From the NCBI RefSeq assembly GCF_009914755.1, contig NC_060947.1: 64,000 nucleotides of DNA; one strand, 5' to 3'. The translations under genes were made by a program, and so were the position numbers. This DNA comes from the human T2T-CHM13v2.0 reference genome, Homo sapiens. The notes under the pieces were generated by a model that worked only from the letters and a program-made list of their open reading frames with translations, was not told where the DNA came from and searched no databases. Below are positions 54,315 to 64,000 of the stretch, one piece after another. Each line of letters opens with the position of its first letter. Within the stretch, counting starts at the first letter, position 1.

Positions 54315-55815
54315 CACAAAACACAAAACTCTGTTGCATTTCTATATATTAGCAACGAACAATCCAAAAAGGAAATTAAGAAAATAATTTCATTTACAGT
54401 AACATAAAAAATACTTAGAAATGGGCGGGGCGTGTTGGCTCACGCCTGTAATCCCAGCACTTTGGGAGGTGGAGGCGGTCAGATCACGAGGTCACGAGAT
54501 CGAGACCATCCTGGCTAACACGGTGAAACCCCGTCTCTACTAAAAATACAAAAAAATTAGCCGGGTGTGGTGGCGGGCGCCTGTAGTCCCAGCTACTCTG
54601 GAGGCTGAAGCAGGAGAATGGCGTGAACCCGGGAGACAGAGCTTGCAGTGAACCTAGATAGCGCCACTGCACTCCAGCCTGGGCTACAGAGCGAGACTCC
54701 ATCTAAAAAAAAAAACAAAACAAAACAAAAAAAAAAACAACAACTTAGAAATAAATTTAACCAAAGAAAAGAAAGACTTGTACACTGAAAATCATAAAAC
54801 ATTGCTGAAAGGAACTAAACAAGATCTGAGTAAATGGAATGACAACCTGTATTCATAGATTGCTACACTTAATATTGTTAGGATGACAATACTACCCAAA
54901 GTGATCTACAGATTAGATGCAATCCCTATCAAAATTCCAACAGCACTTTGTGCAGAAGTAGAAAAAATAACACTTATATGGCATTTTAAGGACCCTCAAT
55001 AGCCAAAACAATCTTGAAAAAGAACAAAGTTGGAGTATACACACTTCCGGATTTCAAAACTTACTAAAAAGGTACAGTAATTAAAATAGTGTAATACTGG
55101 CTTAAGGACAGACATATCTACAATGAGATACCTCTTCATACCCATTAAGATGACTATTAATTTAAAAAAGGAAAATAACAGGTGTGGGAGGTGGTAGATA
55201 AATGAGAACCCTGGTACATTGCTTGGGGGAATGCAAAATAGTTTGGTAGTTCTTCACAAAGGTAAATATAGAATTATCATATGATCCAACAATTCTACTC
55301 CTAGGCATAGACCCAAAAGAATTCAAAGCAAGTCCTCAAACAGACACTTGGACACCAATGTTCATAGCACCATTATTCACAATAGCCAAAAGATGGAAGC
55401 AATCCAAGTGTCCACAAACATGAATGGATAAACAAAATATAGTATATCCATAAAATGGAATATTATTCAGTCACAGAAAATGAATTTCTGATACATGCTA
55501 CAACATAGATGAACCTTGAAAACATTATGGTAGGAGAAGTAAGTCACACACTTAAGGACAAATATTGTATAATTCCCCTTACATGAGGTACCTGAAGTAG
55601 TCAAATTCATAGAGACAAAAAGTACAATGAATGTTATAGAGGTGGGGGGAAGGCAAATGGAGAGTTATTGTTTAATGGGCAGAAAGTTTGTCTGAGATGG
55701 AGAAAAATTCTGGAGGCGGATGGTGTTAACGGATGTTGGTGCACAACATTGTGAATGTACTTAATATGGTTAAAATGGTAAATTTCATGTTATATATATA
55801 TTACTACAATATAAA
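54315..55815 (+). mobile_element. L1MB-type 3' half with internal deletion; AluY at 54424-54740
   Basis: Sense ORF2 remnant and 3'UTR ending 'atggttaaaatggtaaatttcatgttatatatattactacaat'. Confidence 0.85.
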
Positions 55816-56007
55816 AGGTAACTAGAGAGTAGTATGATCCATATATATTTATATTCATACACAGTAAAAATAATTTAAAACTAAATAGTGGGTAAATCTG
55901 AGTTTTAGGATTGGAGGTGTGAAGGAAATAAAAGAGGCCTTCTCTTTTTATTTAAACACTCTTTTACACTGTTATAATTTTTACTTTTTTGGTATTACCT
56001 ATATAAA

Positions 56008-64000
<7,993 letters not shown>

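Overview
Primate (most likely human) non-coding, repeat-rich genomic DNA. It holds about 30 Alus, many L1/L2/MIR/L3 remnants, MaLR/ERVL LTRs and Tigger/Charlie/Tip100 DNA-transposon fossils. I see no host protein-coding exon; nearly all short ORFs in the track are Alu, L1 or microsatellite artefacts. Main objects: (1) a disabled intronless copy of the ZFYVE9/SARA C-terminal coding region (4460-6184) inside a Tigger1. It has no poly(A) or TSD, shows microhomology at both junctions, and part of the Tigger1 is missing. (2) A full-length L1PA3-type element (16077-22221) with an uninterrupted 1275-aa ORF2, a nonsense codon in ORF1, no YY1 site and a retained ZNF93-target segment. It is nested in an older twin-primed (5'-inverted) L1. 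(3) A U6 pseudogene split by an Alu plus (TA)31. (4) Two local templated-insertion scars: a 107-bp inverted copy plus a chain of perfect palindromes inside an Alu (52423-52668), and a ~72-bp direct copy inside an old L1 (32281-32351). (5) A near full-length old L1MA on the minus strand running off the right end. I find no convincing new multi-gene system; the most novel signals are the repair scars. Subfamily names and consensus comparisons come from memory, not from a search, and boundaries of old repeats are approximate.
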